Source: Paragordius varius (lineage: Eukaryota > Animalia > Nematomorpha). From it: a stretch of 64,000 nucleotides of DNA. The stretch is taken from contig OZ176052.1 of assembly GCA_964247055.1 (NCBI GenBank), positions 124,001 to 188,000 of the forward strand, in the 5' to 3' direction. The notes below the pieces were generated by a model. That model ran no database searches. It was given only the letters and a program-made list of their open reading frames with translations, and was not told the DNA's origin. The position numbers were made by a program, and so were the translations under genes. This document shows, one piece after another, positions 63,693 to 64,000 of this stretch. Positions within the stretch are counted from its first letter, which is position 1; each line of letters starts with the position of its first letter.

Positions 63693-64000
63693 TTTGTGGC
63701 TTTATTCCGTACACTGCCCCAAATTCATGCCTAATAGCTCGTATTGTTTCCTCTAACTATTTTATAATGGACATCACGCGTAATAATTTTAATATATTGG
63801 TTGTTACTTTTTACTATAATGCAAAAAAGTGTGTACATAGTATTTTTGTTCACGTGTCACCATTAGTTTATATGGTAGTGTAGACAATTCATTTGAGTGA
63901 CAAAAAATCACGCTTTCCATTTTTTAAGAGTTAAATAAATGATAATACCAAAGAATAATTTTTAATCCGTTAATATACTAGTGTCATAAAATCAACGCAA

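Noticed and set aside
63662-63883. 73-aa ORF near the window end
   Set aside because: Starts inside a MITE arm, with no recognisable motif or supporting splice chain.

Overview
Very AT-rich, intron-containing animal (invertebrate-type) genomic DNA, not prokaryotic; the species cannot be named from sequence alone. Six host genes could be assembled by hand with phase-consistent GT-AG exon chains. They are an unnamed Ig + tandem ZP-N membrane/secreted protein (minus, 283-4413, 3' end unresolved), arginase (plus, 25214-34191), TMEM9 (minus, 35998-37352), a probable URB2/Npa2 homologue (plus, 37423-46548), mitochondrial methionyl-tRNA synthetase (minus, 47186-53514) and a Lhx2/9 (apterous) LIM-homeobox gene (minus, 54939-59238). 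The rest is dense in DNA transposons: a Mos1-like mariner, Tc1/IS630 and RTE-type RT remnants, hAT elements with exact 8-bp TSDs, non-autonomous Helitrons, foldback elements and about 24 copies or fragments of one palindromic MITE, often nested. The most unusual signals are (1) obligatory introns of only 22, 24, 25 and 30 nt beside TE-inflated introns, (2) a tandem array in an arginase intron that repeats the exon end and splice donor eight extra times, six of them as in-frame 42-nt candidate micro-exons, (3) the Ig-ZP-N architecture and (4) substitutions at conserved arginase substrate and second-shell residues. Family names come from recognised motifs only; no database search was run.
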